Of a stretch of 64,000 nt of DNA, positions 38,152 through 47,518 are shown one piece after another (positions within the stretch are counted from its first letter, which is position 1; each line of letters starts with the position of its first letter). The translations under genes were made by a program, and so were the position numbers. The notes beneath the pieces are model-generated. The model ran no database searches. It was not told the DNA's origin and saw only the letters and a program-made list of their open reading frames with translations. The stretch is taken from IMG/VR virus record IMGVR_UViG_3300028840_002104, positions 1-64,000 of that record; one strand, given 5' to 3'. The DNA is from a virus.

Positions 38152-39496
38152 ACTAGAAGCAATTGCAGCGTTTCTTGAAGCAAGTCCTTCGGAAGGTCAA
38201 AGAGATTTTCTAGCGGCGACCAAAAAGATAGCCCTCTTCAGACAGTTCTATGTTGAGTGGCAATGGATTGTTACCTATGTGGGCGAATACGGGAATGCTC
38301 CTAAGAAGCGGACATTTCTTGAGTACTTTCCTACAATGAAGTTGCCAGAGAAACCAGAGACCTTATCCTTTTGTATGGAGCGGCTTTTTGAGCGGGAGAA
38401 GTTCAACCGCATCAGACAGATGGTACATGATGTTCAGGAAGATCTGAGTAGTACGGATGTCTCGGCTGCGTCGAAAGCAGCAGCAAAGATCTCTGACGTT
38501 GTACTTGACCTTGACCATATGTGGTCTCGGAAGAAAGACATCAACGTGGGAGAAGAGGTCGAAAGAAGATACCAAAGCTATTTGGAGATTGAGAGGCAGA
38601 CCACGGCTTCTGGTGTAGGTACTCCCTGGCCCACGTTGAATAGGATGATCCCTCCTCTGAGGCCCAAGAATTTGGTTGGCTTCCAAGCCAGAGGCGGTTT
38701 GGGAAAGACGTGGCTTGCAGTAGTCCTGGCAACTCATTTCTGGCGGTTAGGCAGGAAAGTCCTCTTCATCACAAAAGAGATGGGGGCCGAAGAAGTTGTG
38801 GCCAGAGTAGACAGCTATCTCTTTGGTATTAAATGGACACCTTTCTCTCGTGGGGAATTGTCTCAGAAAGAGAAAGCACGGTTTGCCTTACTGCTGAAGA
38901 AGGCCGAAGGTCAGTTTTCAGGAGAGCTGATTATCTCAGACGAAGAAGACCTAGATGCTTTTGGCTTGGACTCATTCATCTCCAAGCTGAGCGAGTATAG
39001 TCCTGACGTGGCAATTTTAGACGGGCTTCATCTTTTGTTTGGAACTACTGAAAGGTCAAGCGGTAGAGATGAGAGCTATGTCCAATCAGCCTATGCTATC
39101 AGCAGGAAGATGAAAAGAATAGCGCGGGCAAAGAATGTCCTCCTGCTTGAGACTACCCAGACAGGTAGAGACGCGGAGAAAGGCAAGAAAGGCTACACAG
39201 GGGGAGGAGTTACAGCTACCCAGTGGACAGATGCTCTTCATCAGGATTGTGACTACCTCTTTGAGATCTGTGGTTATCGAGAGACCAAGTACAAGTGGAG
39301 AGAGCTGAAGCTAATCAAGGGAAGAAATTGTCCTGTTGGTGAAAGCGTATTCTACAAGTTTGAGATGGACCCTCCGGTGTTCAAGGAGTTGCCGACAGAC
39401 TTCGATCCCAACGCAGAGACGGAAAACGAAGCTACCAAGATAGCAGTGAGAAGCGTCTTTGGTGAAAAGGAGGCTAGCCGTGAATTTTCAACCTAA
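38138..39496 (+). CDS. dnaB: DnaB-like replicative helicase
   Basis: TPWPTLN, Walker A ARGGLGKT, ITKEM, Walker B ILDGLH, QDCD, KGRN. Confidence 0.88.
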   Translation: MVNPELEAIAAFLEASPSEGQRDFLAATKKIALFRQFYVEWQWIVTYVGEYGNAPKKRTFLEYFPTMKLPEKPETLSFCMERLFEREKFNRIRQMVHDVQEDLSSTDVSAASKAAAKISDVVLDLDHMWSRKKDINVGEEVERRYQSYLEIERQTTASGVGTPWPTLNRMIPPLRPKNLVGFQARGGLGKTWLAVVLATHFWRLGRKVLFITKEMGAEEVVARVDSYLFGIKWTPFSRGELSQKEKARFALLLKKAEGQFSGELIISDEEDLDAFGLDSFISKLSEYSPDVAILDGLHLLFGTTERSSGRDESYVQSAYAISRKMKRIARAKNVLLLETTQTGRDAEKGKKGYTGGGVTATQWTDALHQDCDYLFEICGYRETKYKWRELKLIKGRNCPVGESVFYKFEMDPPVFKELPTDFDPNAETENEATKIAVRSVFGEKEASREFST

Positions 39497-39749
39497 TTTT
39501 ACTTTCGAGGCGAAGGAGGCCAAACAGTTCTATGTAGAATGGAACGAACCCAAGAAGTTTGGAAAGGCCAATCTTCGCGTGGTGGTTACTAAAGATGAGA
39601 TCTTTCTCCAGATCAAGCACGATCATAAGGAGTGGTCAGCTAGATTTGAGAGGGCAGAGGATCTAGATATGGTACGAACAATCATGAAGCAAGGATTGGT
39701 CTTGGTAGACGATGCACGGCGGGATTGGTTAGAAATGAGGCAACCATGA
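39459..39749 (+). CDS. Hypothetical protein
   Basis: AAGGAGG RBS before internal GTG. Confidence 0.4.
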   Translation: MVKRRLAVNFQPNFTFEAKEAKQFYVEWNEPKKFGKANLRVVVTKDEIFLQIKHDHKEWSARFERAEDLDMVRTIMKQGLVLVDDARRDWLEMRQP

Positions 39750-39985
39750 CTAAGGCTGAGATTGAAAAGGTAGAGAAGGACGTTGTAAGTGCTAAACACT
39801 ACTGGAAGTCTCAGAATACTGAGCGATTGTCAATTGAGGATGTCCAGATGGTCGCAAACATGAGGATGATCTGTACAGCTCTTGACTGTTTGCTCAGGAG
39901 AGTTAGTAGATTAGAGGAAATAGCCAACCATCACAAGGACTTTGATGACTGGCTCAGAGAGGAGAAAGAATGCATCCCGCACTAG
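39725..39985 (+). CDS. Hypothetical protein
   Basis: Packed in operon. Confidence 0.4.
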   Translation: MVRNEATMTKAEIEKVEKDVVSAKHYWKSQNTERLSIEDVQMVANMRMICTALDCLLRRVSRLEEIANHHKDFDDWLREEKECIPH

Positions 39986-40056
39986 CGTTTGTCCTCGGTT
40001 GGATTATTGGTGTTCTGTCGCTCATGTTTTGGCTCATGTTTGGTCAGCAGCCGTGA
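39970..40056 (+). CDS. 28-aa hydrophobic membrane peptide (not in ORF track)
   Basis: GGAGA RBS; MHPALAFVLGWIIGVLSLMFWLMFGQQP; TGA overlaps primase GTG. Confidence 0.5.
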   Translation: MHPALAFVLGWIIGVLSLMFWLMFGQQP

Positions 40057-40976
40057 ACGGCCAGGATCTAAAGAGACTCTGTGAAAGTCTGGGATTAGAG
40101 AAGCTTCACAATCGAGGAAGCGACATTACAAGCTTATGTCCTTTCCACGATGAGAGGCATCCGTCTTTCGGAGTTTCGATTGAGAAGAGGTATCATCCGT
40201 TTAACTGTTTTTCCTGTGGAGCTTCAGGTAATCTTTTGACTATGGTTTGTCATCTTCGAGGTTTGAGGAGAAAAGAGGGCCTGGCCTTTATAGAGAGCTT
40301 TGGCAGTTATTCAATCCCACCAGTCAGCGCAGAGATTCAGCCCTATGGTGCATCCAGGCGCGGAAAAGATATCAGGGTCCCTGCGTCTCTGTATGCTCCT
40401 TATCGAATAGGCAGAAGCAAGTCCTTTGCGTGGCTCTTGGAAAGAGGTATTCCCCTGGAGCTTTCTGGAGAGTGTGACATAGGCTTTGATCCAGAAGAGA
40501 GGAGAGTCCTCTTCCCGTGGTGGGAGCCTGGCGGCAAGTTTTTCAACGGTGCCACAGGGAGAAGCATGGTGGGCTCCTCTTTGAAGTCTAAGCCTTTCTT
40601 CGGATTGAAAAAGGGCAGCCATCTCTTCAGGCCAAAGATGAGCGGTCCCTATGACTACAGGAAGACCCTCTTCGTTGTGGAGGGAGAAGTAGACGCGCTT
40701 CGAGTGGCCAGTTTTGGTTATACCAATGTGGTGGCTACAGGAGGTTTTCCTACAAGGGCTCAAGCTGAAAAGATGGCCGAAGTAGCAGGCGTGGTGATGC
40801 TTGCTTTCGATAATGATCCAGCAGGCAAAGAGATGTCTAGGAAACTGCTGTCGTGGACTGGAGAGTGGACACGGTTTGTCAAGTTCAAGTATGTTTCGGA
40901 CGCAAAAGACCCTGCGGAGCTGAGCAAACAAGAGTTTGAAGAAGGTATAGACAAGGCAGAGTTTTTCTTAGGATGA
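40053..40976 (+). CDS. dnaG: DNA primase (CHC2 Zn finger + TOPRIM)
   Basis: CPFHDERHPSF...CFSC; VVEGEVD; FDNDPAG; KDPAE. Confidence 0.9.
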   Translation: MNGQDLKRLCESLGLEKLHNRGSDITSLCPFHDERHPSFGVSIEKRYHPFNCFSCGASGNLLTMVCHLRGLRRKEGLAFIESFGSYSIPPVSAEIQPYGASRRGKDIRVPASLYAPYRIGRSKSFAWLLERGIPLELSGECDIGFDPEERRVLFPWWEPGGKFFNGATGRSMVGSSLKSKPFFGLKKGSHLFRPKMSGPYDYRKTLFVVEGEVDALRVASFGYTNVVATGGFPTRAQAEKMAEVAGVVMLAFDNDPAGKEMSRKLLSWTGEWTRFVKFKYVSDAKDPAELSKQEFEEGIDKAEFFLG

Positions 40977-40987
40977 AAATAAAACTA

Positions 40988-41016
40988 TTGACAAGGTGTC
41001 TGAGGTATGATAGACT
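40988..41016 (+). promoter_or_regulatory. Sigma70/sigmaA-type promoter
   Basis: TTGACA-17 bp-TAGACT with extended -10 TG and A-rich UP element. Confidence 0.75.
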
Positions 41017-41144
41017 GTTATTGTATTGTCGAGATACTGTTTAGGTAGCCGATAGTGGCCCCCAACCCCAGGGAGGTGAGTACCATGTCTGAAATCCTGG
41101 TGTAGTGCTTCGATGGTTTGTTGGAATACTAGAAGGAGGAAAGT

Positions 41145-42110
41145 ATGCGGATGCGAACAAAAGAAGACAGTAGCAAAGATGTCAAGAAAACCTCTTACGA
41201 GGGAGTCTCCAGAGGGAACATCAAGAAGATTGCCTTTGCTCTTGGCGTCAAGGTCATGACAGGCCATTCGGCCACGGATATTGCTCAGAACGTTCTCCAG
41301 AAGCTCAAAGACTACTCTGAGCTTTGGTCTACGCTTGGTGATGAGGAACAGGCCAACGCTCGTCTGATTGGTTACGAGCCTCCCGCAATTCGTGGAGGAC
41401 TTCAAGAGGCTACTTCTGATGGTGAAGACCTTCCCGAAGGAGTTCCTGTTTCAGGCTGGATGAAAACGGGTAGAGACGAGATTCAAGATGCGGTTAATGA
41501 GCAGGAACGTAGAGCCAAGATGCGGTCTGTTCCTAAGCTCTTTGTCCGAGACGGTGACACAGTGACCGTGGATGTTCTCAGAGATCCAGAGACTAGGGAC
41601 CCCGGTGCTCTCTGTGCTCTCAATCTTCATGCAGTGAAGACGACAAGCGGCTGGAATTATTCTGTCTGCTCTCAAGGTACAAGAGACAAAGAGGGTAATC
41701 CTTGCCGTTGTGCTTTCTGCGAGAGCAACAACAAGAGGCTCAATCGGAAGTCTCTGAGAATGATCTACATGGTCGTGGACAGAGATGAGCGAGAGGGAAA
41801 AGACGGCAAGATCTACAAAGACCAGGTAAGGTTCTTTGAGACGGATACCAGGCTCCACAAGACGCTAGAGAGATTGGCTCAGAGAGGTATCCTAGATACG
41901 AACTCTATCGAAATAGGTAGACAAGGTGACAAGCAGGCCGCTTGGTCTGTAGTCCCCATCGGGAAGAGCGACTCTCCTGACAAGACGGAAGAGGCCAAAG
42001 AGCTTAGAGATAAGTTCGAGGATTTCTACAGGCCGCCGACTTACGCGGAGCAAAAAGAAATCATCGCTGATGTTCCTAGTTCAGGAGTTGCTGAGAGGGA
42101 GGCGAATTGA
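41145..42110 (+). CDS. Phage single-stranded DNA-binding protein (gp32-like, Zn-binding)
   Basis: H..C...C.C.FC cluster, VVDRDE, IGRQG strand pattern; between primase and polymerase. Confidence 0.6.
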   Translation: MRMRTKEDSSKDVKKTSYEGVSRGNIKKIAFALGVKVMTGHSATDIAQNVLQKLKDYSELWSTLGDEEQANARLIGYEPPAIRGGLQEATSDGEDLPEGVPVSGWMKTGRDEIQDAVNEQERRAKMRSVPKLFVRDGDTVTVDVLRDPETRDPGALCALNLHAVKTTSGWNYSVCSQGTRDKEGNPCRCAFCESNNKRLNRKSLRMIYMVVDRDEREGKDGKIYKDQVRFFETDTRLHKTLERLAQRGILDTNSIEIGRQGDKQAAWSVVPIGKSDSPDKTEEAKELRDKFEDFYRPPTYAEQKEIIADVPSSGVAEREAN

Positions 42111-42113
42111 GCA

Positions 42114-42431
42114 ATGGCTCTTATATGTGATTACTGCGAAGCTAACGTTACGGAAGACGACGTGTGCGAAGAGTGTAATGCTCATATGTGCTGTGACTGT
42201 ACTTGTGTAGACGACGAAACGGTTTGCAAGGAGTGTGGTACTGAGTGCGGCACGTGCGGTCTTCCTTTTGCAGGTCCTGACTACTGTGCTGAGTGCGGAG
42301 AAGATGTCTGCCCTGAGTGCATAGAGGACGATCTTTGCAGTTCCTGTGCTTATGCAGACGAAAGTACGGAGGATGATTTAGATGATGGAGAAAGACCCGA
42401 AGATTATCTCCCTTCCGACGCAATCGACTGA
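42114..42431 (+). CDS. Acidic multi-CxxC metal-binding protein
   Basis: CDYC, CEEC, CCDCTC, CKEC, CGTC, CAEC, CPEC, CSSC. Confidence 0.6.
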   Translation: MALICDYCEANVTEDDVCEECNAHMCCDCTCVDDETVCKECGTECGTCGLPFAGPDYCAECGEDVCPECIEDDLCSSCAYADESTEDDLDDGERPEDYLPSDAID

Positions 42432-42732
42432 GGAGACTCTTGAAGAGGAGCCCACGACGATCAGTGTCATTGTCAGATCCAGCAAAGGCGAAGAGAAGGT
42501 CCTGGAAGAAAAAGTGATCGAATACGTTTTGGTCACTGGCACGATTGATGGCAATCTGAAGAGCCATACCAACTTGGCGATTGCAGATAGGATCTTGTTC
42601 CTGCTGGAATTGGGCAAGACGATGCTAATCACGATACCCATGGTTCAGAAGATCTCAATGCCCGGGAAGAATAAGGTCGTGGTTCCTTCTAAGAGCGGCA
42701 TAATGAACTTTGTGCGGAGAGGCAAGAAGTAA
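42382..42732 (+). CDS. Hypothetical protein
   Basis: GGAGGA RBS, coupled. Confidence 0.45.
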   Translation: MMEKDPKIISLPTQSTEETLEEEPTTISVIVRSSKGEEKVLEEKVIEYVLVTGTIDGNLKSHTNLAIADRILFLLELGKTMLITIPMVQKISMPGKNKVVVPSKSGIMNFVRRGKK

Positions 42733-42742
42733 ATTGCTGGTT

Positions 42743-44584
42743 ATGAATGACCAAACGCTCCAAATGGTATGTCGGGATTTACTGAAAGAGCCAGCATTCG
42801 CAATCGACACAGAGACCTATGACCCATCAGTTACTCAGAACGCGCTTTCTTTACACAAAGCCAGGATACTGATGGTTTCGATCTGCTTTGGTGACTCTCC
42901 GTATAGAACGTATTCCATTCCCACGTCGGCGCAGTCGCCGGATTTTCTTCCAACATATGCCGTGGTAAACGCGCTTTCAAAGGTCCTAGAAGATCCTTCT
43001 GTGCTGAAAGTTATGTGGAATGCGAACTATGACGTCAATGTCTTTTTGAACCATGGCGTGAGAACTGTTCGCTACTGTTGTGGAATGGTCATGGCGTGGT
43101 GTCTGGATGAGAACAAGCCAAAAGGTCTGAAAGATCGAAGCGTTGAAGTTCATAGGCATTTGCGGAAGACAAAGAATGTTGACTTTGAGGATACCGACGA
43201 ACTAGCCATTTATGCTGAGCAAGACGCTAGAGCCACCTGGGATCTCTACCGTGCTTTTACGAAAGGCCAGATTGAGCTTTCTGAGGTTCCCAAGACAATG
43301 GTTTTGTCAGGAGTCAGAAAGAAGTTCTTTCACGAGCAAGAGATGCCTTTGGTAGATGTTGTGGTTTCCATGGAAAGACGTGGTATCCAGCTTGATGTGG
43401 ACGGCATTCGCAAGACGGCCAAGAAGATGGAGAAGCGTCTAGACGATCTTGAGGATAGGATCTACACCGAAGCAGGCCACGACTTCAACATTGGATCTGG
43501 CCCACAGCTTGCCGGTGTTCTCTTTGATGAACTAGACCTCCCTGTCTTGAGGCGGACAAAAAAGACCTCTAGACCTTCTGTGGATAAGATGACGCTCTCT
43601 CTTTTGAGAAACCATCATCCCATCGTTGACTTTGTTTTGGAGCATTCTGCTGTCAGGAAGCTCTACAGTACCTATGTTTGTCCTGAGAAGGATGGTCTAC
43701 CCTGCGGTCTTTTGGCTCATGCTGATATGGCAGGCGTTATTCATCCTACGATGAACACTGTGGGAGCTGTAACAGGCAGGTTCTCTGGGAGTCAGCCCAA
43801 TCCTCAGAACATTCCGAAAGACGCGGATAGAGATGAATGGAAGATAAGGTCTAAGTTTATAGCGCGGCCAGGTCATTCTCTGATAGTCGCGGATAAATCT
43901 CAGATTGAGCTTAGGCTGCTTACGGTTTTCTGTCGTGACCCCTTACTCATGAAGGTTTACCAAGAGGGCGGAGATGTTCACCAAACGACGGCTGACACTT
44001 GCCGAGTCATAAGAGACAAGGCCAAGGCGGTCAACTTTGGTGCTGTCTACGGGCTTCAGGCTCGAAGTTTAGCGGCAAATCTCACGTTCTATGGTACTCC
44101 TACTACGGAGGCTGAGGCTCAAGCTCTCTTGGATAGCTTCTTCAACAAGACCTACAAAAAGATAGACCCTTGGCGTAAGTCTTGGATTAAGCTTCACAAT
44201 GAGCGGGGTTTTGTTCCTCTGATTACAGGCAGGCCACGGCGCATTCCTGATCTTTTCTCAAGGAATAGGTTCAAGCGTAGCGTGGCAGAGCGTGAGCTGA
44301 TTAACAACACTATTCAGGGAAGTGCAGCAGATCTGATGAAACAGGCCATGCTTCGATGTCATTTTGACAGAGAGCTTCGAGAGCTGGAATGTTTCATGCT
44401 TATCCAGGTTCATGATGAATTGGTGTTTGAGGTTCCAACCGCGAATGCTGAAAAGGCGGCAAGAAGAGTTCGGGAGTTGATGTGCCAGCTTCCAGATGGC
44501 CTCATTTTGCCGATTGACATACCGATTGAAGTTAACGTGGCGATAGGCCCAAACTGGCGAGAAACGGAGAAATTGGCAGCATAG
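42743..44584 (+). CDS. polA: Family A DNA polymerase with 3'-5' exonuclease
   Basis: Exo I AIDTET, Exo II NANYD, Exo III YAEQD; TGRFS, motif A DKSQIELR, motif B KAVNFGAVYG, motif C QVHDEL. Confidence 0.95.
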   Translation: MNDQTLQMVCRDLLKEPAFAIDTETYDPSVTQNALSLHKARILMVSICFGDSPYRTYSIPTSAQSPDFLPTYAVVNALSKVLEDPSVLKVMWNANYDVNVFLNHGVRTVRYCCGMVMAWCLDENKPKGLKDRSVEVHRHLRKTKNVDFEDTDELAIYAEQDARATWDLYRAFTKGQIELSEVPKTMVLSGVRKKFFHEQEMPLVDVVVSMERRGIQLDVDGIRKTAKKMEKRLDDLEDRIYTEAGHDFNIGSGPQLAGVLFDELDLPVLRRTKKTSRPSVDKMTLSLLRNHHPIVDFVLEHSAVRKLYSTYVCPEKDGLPCGLLAHADMAGVIHPTMNTVGAVTGRFSGSQPNPQNIPKDADRDEWKIRSKFIARPGHSLIVADKSQIELRLLTVFCRDPLLMKVYQEGGDVHQTTADTCRVIRDKAKAVNFGAVYGLQARSLAANLTFYGTPTTEAEAQALLDSFFNKTYKKIDPWRKSWIKLHNERGFVPLITGRPRRIPDLFSRNRFKRSVAERELINNTIQGSAADLMKQAMLRCHFDRELRELECFMLIQVHDELVFEVPTANAEKAARRVRELMCQLPDGLILPIDIPIEVNVAIGPNWRETEKLAA

Positions 44585-44593
44585 GAGGATACT

Positions 44594-44842
44594 ATGGAAC
44601 GCACAAGAGAAGCGTCGGCACTAGAAGGGGAGTTGCGGCGAGAGCTTACTAGAATTAGAGGAGACCATGAGTCGGCTAAGATAGCCCTGGAGATTTTGGA
44701 AGAAGAGCCCACCCTAGTTGATGTTAGCTGCTACGAAAGTTTGGATCAAGCTCGAAGGGCAGTACTATTTCTTTCTAAGCGAGAGGAGAAGCTTGTACTG
44801 AGGCTTAAGGAGCTTGCAGACGAGAGTGAAATTGATAGCTAA
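44594..44842 (+). CDS. Hypothetical coiled-coil protein flanked by 16-bp direct repeats
   Basis: AGGAGG RBS; ATTGGCAGCATAGGAG at 44572 and 44844. Confidence 0.55.
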   Translation: MERTREASALEGELRRELTRIRGDHESAKIALEILEEEPTLVDVSCYESLDQARRAVLFLSKREEKLVLRLKELADESEIDS

Positions 44843-44845
44843 GAT

Positions 44846-45040
44846 TGGCAGCATAGGAGAAAGGCCAGCACGTGCGGCAATGGAATGCAGTAATGGATTG
44901 GACCCGCTGTAATTCGAGTCCCTGTTGGATAAAGACCTTAGTCGCGAGAGGTGCTTTTCCAAGCAGACTTGTCATAAGTCGGAGATCTTAGTGTTCTGGC
45001 GTCAAATCTAGCAAGATGTGCTTTTCTCCTACTGCTGCCA
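44846..45040 (+). ncRNA. Candidate structured non-coding RNA (~195 nt)
   Basis: 20-bp closing stem 44846-44865/45020-45040 enclosing at least three hairpins; no + strand ORF. Confidence 0.5.
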
Positions 45041-45057
45041 TTTGAAAGGATGAAGAT

Positions 45058-45291
45058 ATGCTTGAGAACATGAGTCCTGATGTTCGGCATTTTATTACGC
45101 CTCTTCTAGGTTATGGCGGAGGAAGACCTAGTTGTAGAACTTGTGCTTTTTGTGACGATGTTCAGGATACGCCAGGGCCTAACGGAGAGCCCGCTTTAGC
45201 TTGTTTTATTGTGTCAGAAGCGTTAGGTGTTTTTGCGACGGGGGCAGACAACTACTGCCAGAGATGGAAGGCTGTTCCAGAGACACCTTAG
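45058..45291 (+). CDS. Small Cys-rich hypothetical protein
   Basis: CRTCAFC...C...YCQRW; AAAGGA RBS. Confidence 0.5.
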   Translation: MLENMSPDVRHFITPLLGYGGGRPSCRTCAFCDDVQDTPGPNGEPALACFIVSEALGVFATGADNYCQRWKAVPETP

Positions 45292-45308
45292 CTAAGGAGG
45301 ATGAGAAG

Positions 45309-45512
45309 ATGGGCAAATGGAAATTAGGAAAGAAGCCTCATCTAGGTATTGAGCAAGCTCTTTGGAATCAGTTTGCTGAAAATCTGGAAGAGAGTTCCGA
45401 GATAATCGGTTCGACTATCGGAAGATCTGTAGCTGAAGCTTTGTCGGATCAACTGATGAAGACGCCTATAACCATAACCATTTCGGTGAAACCTGAAGGA
45501 TTAGGTAGATAA
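45309..45512 (+). CDS. Hypothetical protein
   Basis: AAGGAGG RBS. Confidence 0.45.
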   Translation: MGKWKLGKKPHLGIEQALWNQFAENLEESSEIIGSTIGRSVAEALSDQLMKTPITITISVKPEGLGR

Positions 45513-45589
45513 CTTAATGAGACCTGGTTTGATAGTTTGTTTTTGCTTGAGAGGTTGCCAACGGTCTCCAGGAGAAATAGATAGGAGGC

Positions 45590-45910
45590 TTGGCGATGCC
45601 AACAAAGTCTACTGCTGACATTAGGACGAAGTACAAGGCACGTTTGAGGGAAGTTAGAGAGAAGTATGGCTGCAAAACCCAGTCCGCTCTCGCGGAAAAG
45701 ATGGGCATACCCAGACAGATAGTCCAGCAGGTTGAATGTGGCCGTATCTTTCTTTCTTCCGCAATGGCGTTGTGGATCAAAGAAGTGACAGGCTGCTCTT
45801 TGGACGAGCTTTTCGAGCTTGTTGAGAAGGAGAAGCCTAAGTCTGCATCTTTTCAGTCCGCTTTGAGTTTTGGTTCAAGTCGTAGGAGAAGGCGAAAAGG
45901 TAGTGATTGA
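45590..45910 (+). CDS. XRE/Cro-family HTH regulator
   Basis: RLREVREKYGCKTQSALAEKMGIPRQIVQQVECG...LDELF. Confidence 0.8.
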   Translation: MAMPTKSTADIRTKYKARLREVREKYGCKTQSALAEKMGIPRQIVQQVECGRIFLSSAMALWIKEVTGCSLDELFELVEKEKPKSASFQSALSFGSSRRRRRKGSD

Positions 45911-47039
45911 AGACATCGTTCTTTCGATTGAAGAGAAGTTTGGGAAAGGTGCCGTCCTTCCTGCTAGCGAAGCTAAAGGCTTGGTTATCAGGAAGTTTTC
46001 CACGGGCAGTATTGTTCTTGACTACGCGCTGAAAGGCGGCTGGCCCAAGGGAAAGATCGTAGAGATCTTAGGAGCTGAGTCGTCTGGTAAGAGTACGCTA
46101 GCCCTTATTGCTTCAGGAGAGTTTCAGAAAGAGCATCCTTCTGGAGTTGTTGTCTACCTTGATTTGGAAGGCACACTAGATAAGGCTTGGGCTTTGCAGC
46201 TTGGCGTTGATTTGGAGAGGCTCTACGTCGCGGATAACACTCATTTGGTAGGCGGTGAAGATGCAGGAGATTTCCTGGTTCGCTGGATGGAGGCGGGGAA
46301 AGACTCAGGAGAGCCCACGCTCTTTGTTCTGGACTCTATTTCTGCTGCGGTTCCTCTTAGAGAGATCGAAGATGAGATGGGAAAAGCACAGGTTGCTCTC
46401 CATGCCAGACTGATAAACAAAATGCTCAGAAAGCTTTTGGTCGGGATGCGGTATGACTTGTCCAGAGAGGAGCCTCCCTTTACTCTGATCCTAATCAATC
46501 AAGTAAGGATGAAGGTAGGTATGCCAGGCTACGGCAATCCCTACATCGGTACAGGCGGCCAAGGCAGGAAGTTCTTGGCTTCTCAGCGCATCTACTTGGT
46601 TAGAGAAGGCTTTGTTACCTACCAGACGAAGGTTGAGGAAAAGACAGTCAAGCGAAGTATAGGGATAAAGGTCAAGTTTCGCGTCGAAAAGAACAAGACT
46701 GGTGGCCAGATGGGAGAAGTAGGTGTCTTTTCATTGTATACTCAGAAGAGAGGCTCTCTTCTTCCAGGAATGATTGATAACGGGAAGGAGATCATTCCTC
46801 TTCTGAAAGACCTTGAGCTGATTGAGAAAAAGAAAGGAAAGCTGATATGGGATGGCGTTCCATTTTCAGAAAGAAAGCTGACAGAACATTTCAGGACGAG
46901 TCGAGAGAGCCTTCAACGCGCCCGGTCGGTATTGTTAGGCGAGATAGGCCAAAGCCCAGGCCCTTCCCAGGAAAAGAAGGCGAAGAGGACGTCCAAGAAA
47001 TCTCCCCAGAAGGGGAAGCCGTTGAAGTTCAAGCATTGA
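45903..47039 (+). CDS. recA: RecA/UvsX-like recombinase
   Basis: STGSIVLDYALKGGWPKGKIVEILGAESSGKST, VLDSISA, LINQVR, VEKNK. Confidence 0.92.
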   Translation: MIEDIVLSIEEKFGKGAVLPASEAKGLVIRKFSTGSIVLDYALKGGWPKGKIVEILGAESSGKSTLALIASGEFQKEHPSGVVVYLDLEGTLDKAWALQLGVDLERLYVADNTHLVGGEDAGDFLVRWMEAGKDSGEPTLFVLDSISAAVPLREIEDEMGKAQVALHARLINKMLRKLLVGMRYDLSREEPPFTLILINQVRMKVGMPGYGNPYIGTGGQGRKFLASQRIYLVREGFVTYQTKVEEKTVKRSIGIKVKFRVEKNKTGGQMGEVGVFSLYTQKRGSLLPGMIDNGKEIIPLLKDLELIEKKKGKLIWDGVPFSERKLTEHFRTSRESLQRARSVLLGEIGQSPGPSQEKKAKRTSKKSPQKGKPLKFKH

Positions 47040-47518
47040 AGGAGGACGCCTCTTTTGAAGACTTGGCCGAGTTGATAAAAGGTCAGGATATCTTCGAGGA
47101 CGACAAGAAGGGCAGGATGATTACCGCTCTGGTAGCCCTCCTCCAGGATTTCGGCAGAAGAGCAAGTGGATGCCTCACGTTTGACGGCTTGATTGAGAGC
47201 GTGGTTGTCAGGAAAATCCCTGCCAATGTGACGTTGACAACTGTTGCCTCAGCTTTCATGGAAGAAGGCGAGCATCGAATTCTTCTCAATATCATCTTTC
47301 TGCGAAAGGTAGACGACAAAGAAGAGACCGTCAGGCTGGAGAGATTGCCTTTGTTGGATGATGTCATTGAGGTAAAGCAGACGGCAAGGCAATTTAGGTT
47401 CATTAGGATAAATAGGTTTCCTTTGGTGGCTAGTGGGGCTCACCTGCTTGAGTTTGTGCTAGATGGTGAGTTGATGGCCAGGTATCCGTTTAGTGTGAGA
47501 ACGGGGAGTCCGAAGTAA
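46847..47518 (+). CDS. Hypothetical protein (beta-sandwich C-terminus; true start uncertain)
   Basis: Packed between recA and glycosyltransferase. Confidence 0.4.
   Translation: MGWRSIFRKKADRTFQDESREPSTRPVGIVRRDRPKPRPFPGKEGEEDVQEISPEGEAVEVQALKEDASFEDLAELIKGQDIFEDDKKGRMITALVALLQDFGRRASGCLTFDGLIESVVVRKIPANVTLTTVASAFMEEGEHRILLNIIFLRKVDDKEETVRLERLPLLDDVIEVKQTARQFRFIRINRFPLVASGAHLLEFVLDGELMARYPFSVRTGSPK

Noticed and set aside
44846-45040. Retron msr-msd, tRNA, tmRNA or intron
   Set aside because: No reverse transcriptase in the window; no cloverleaf/CCA or tmRNA-like ends; does not interrupt a gene
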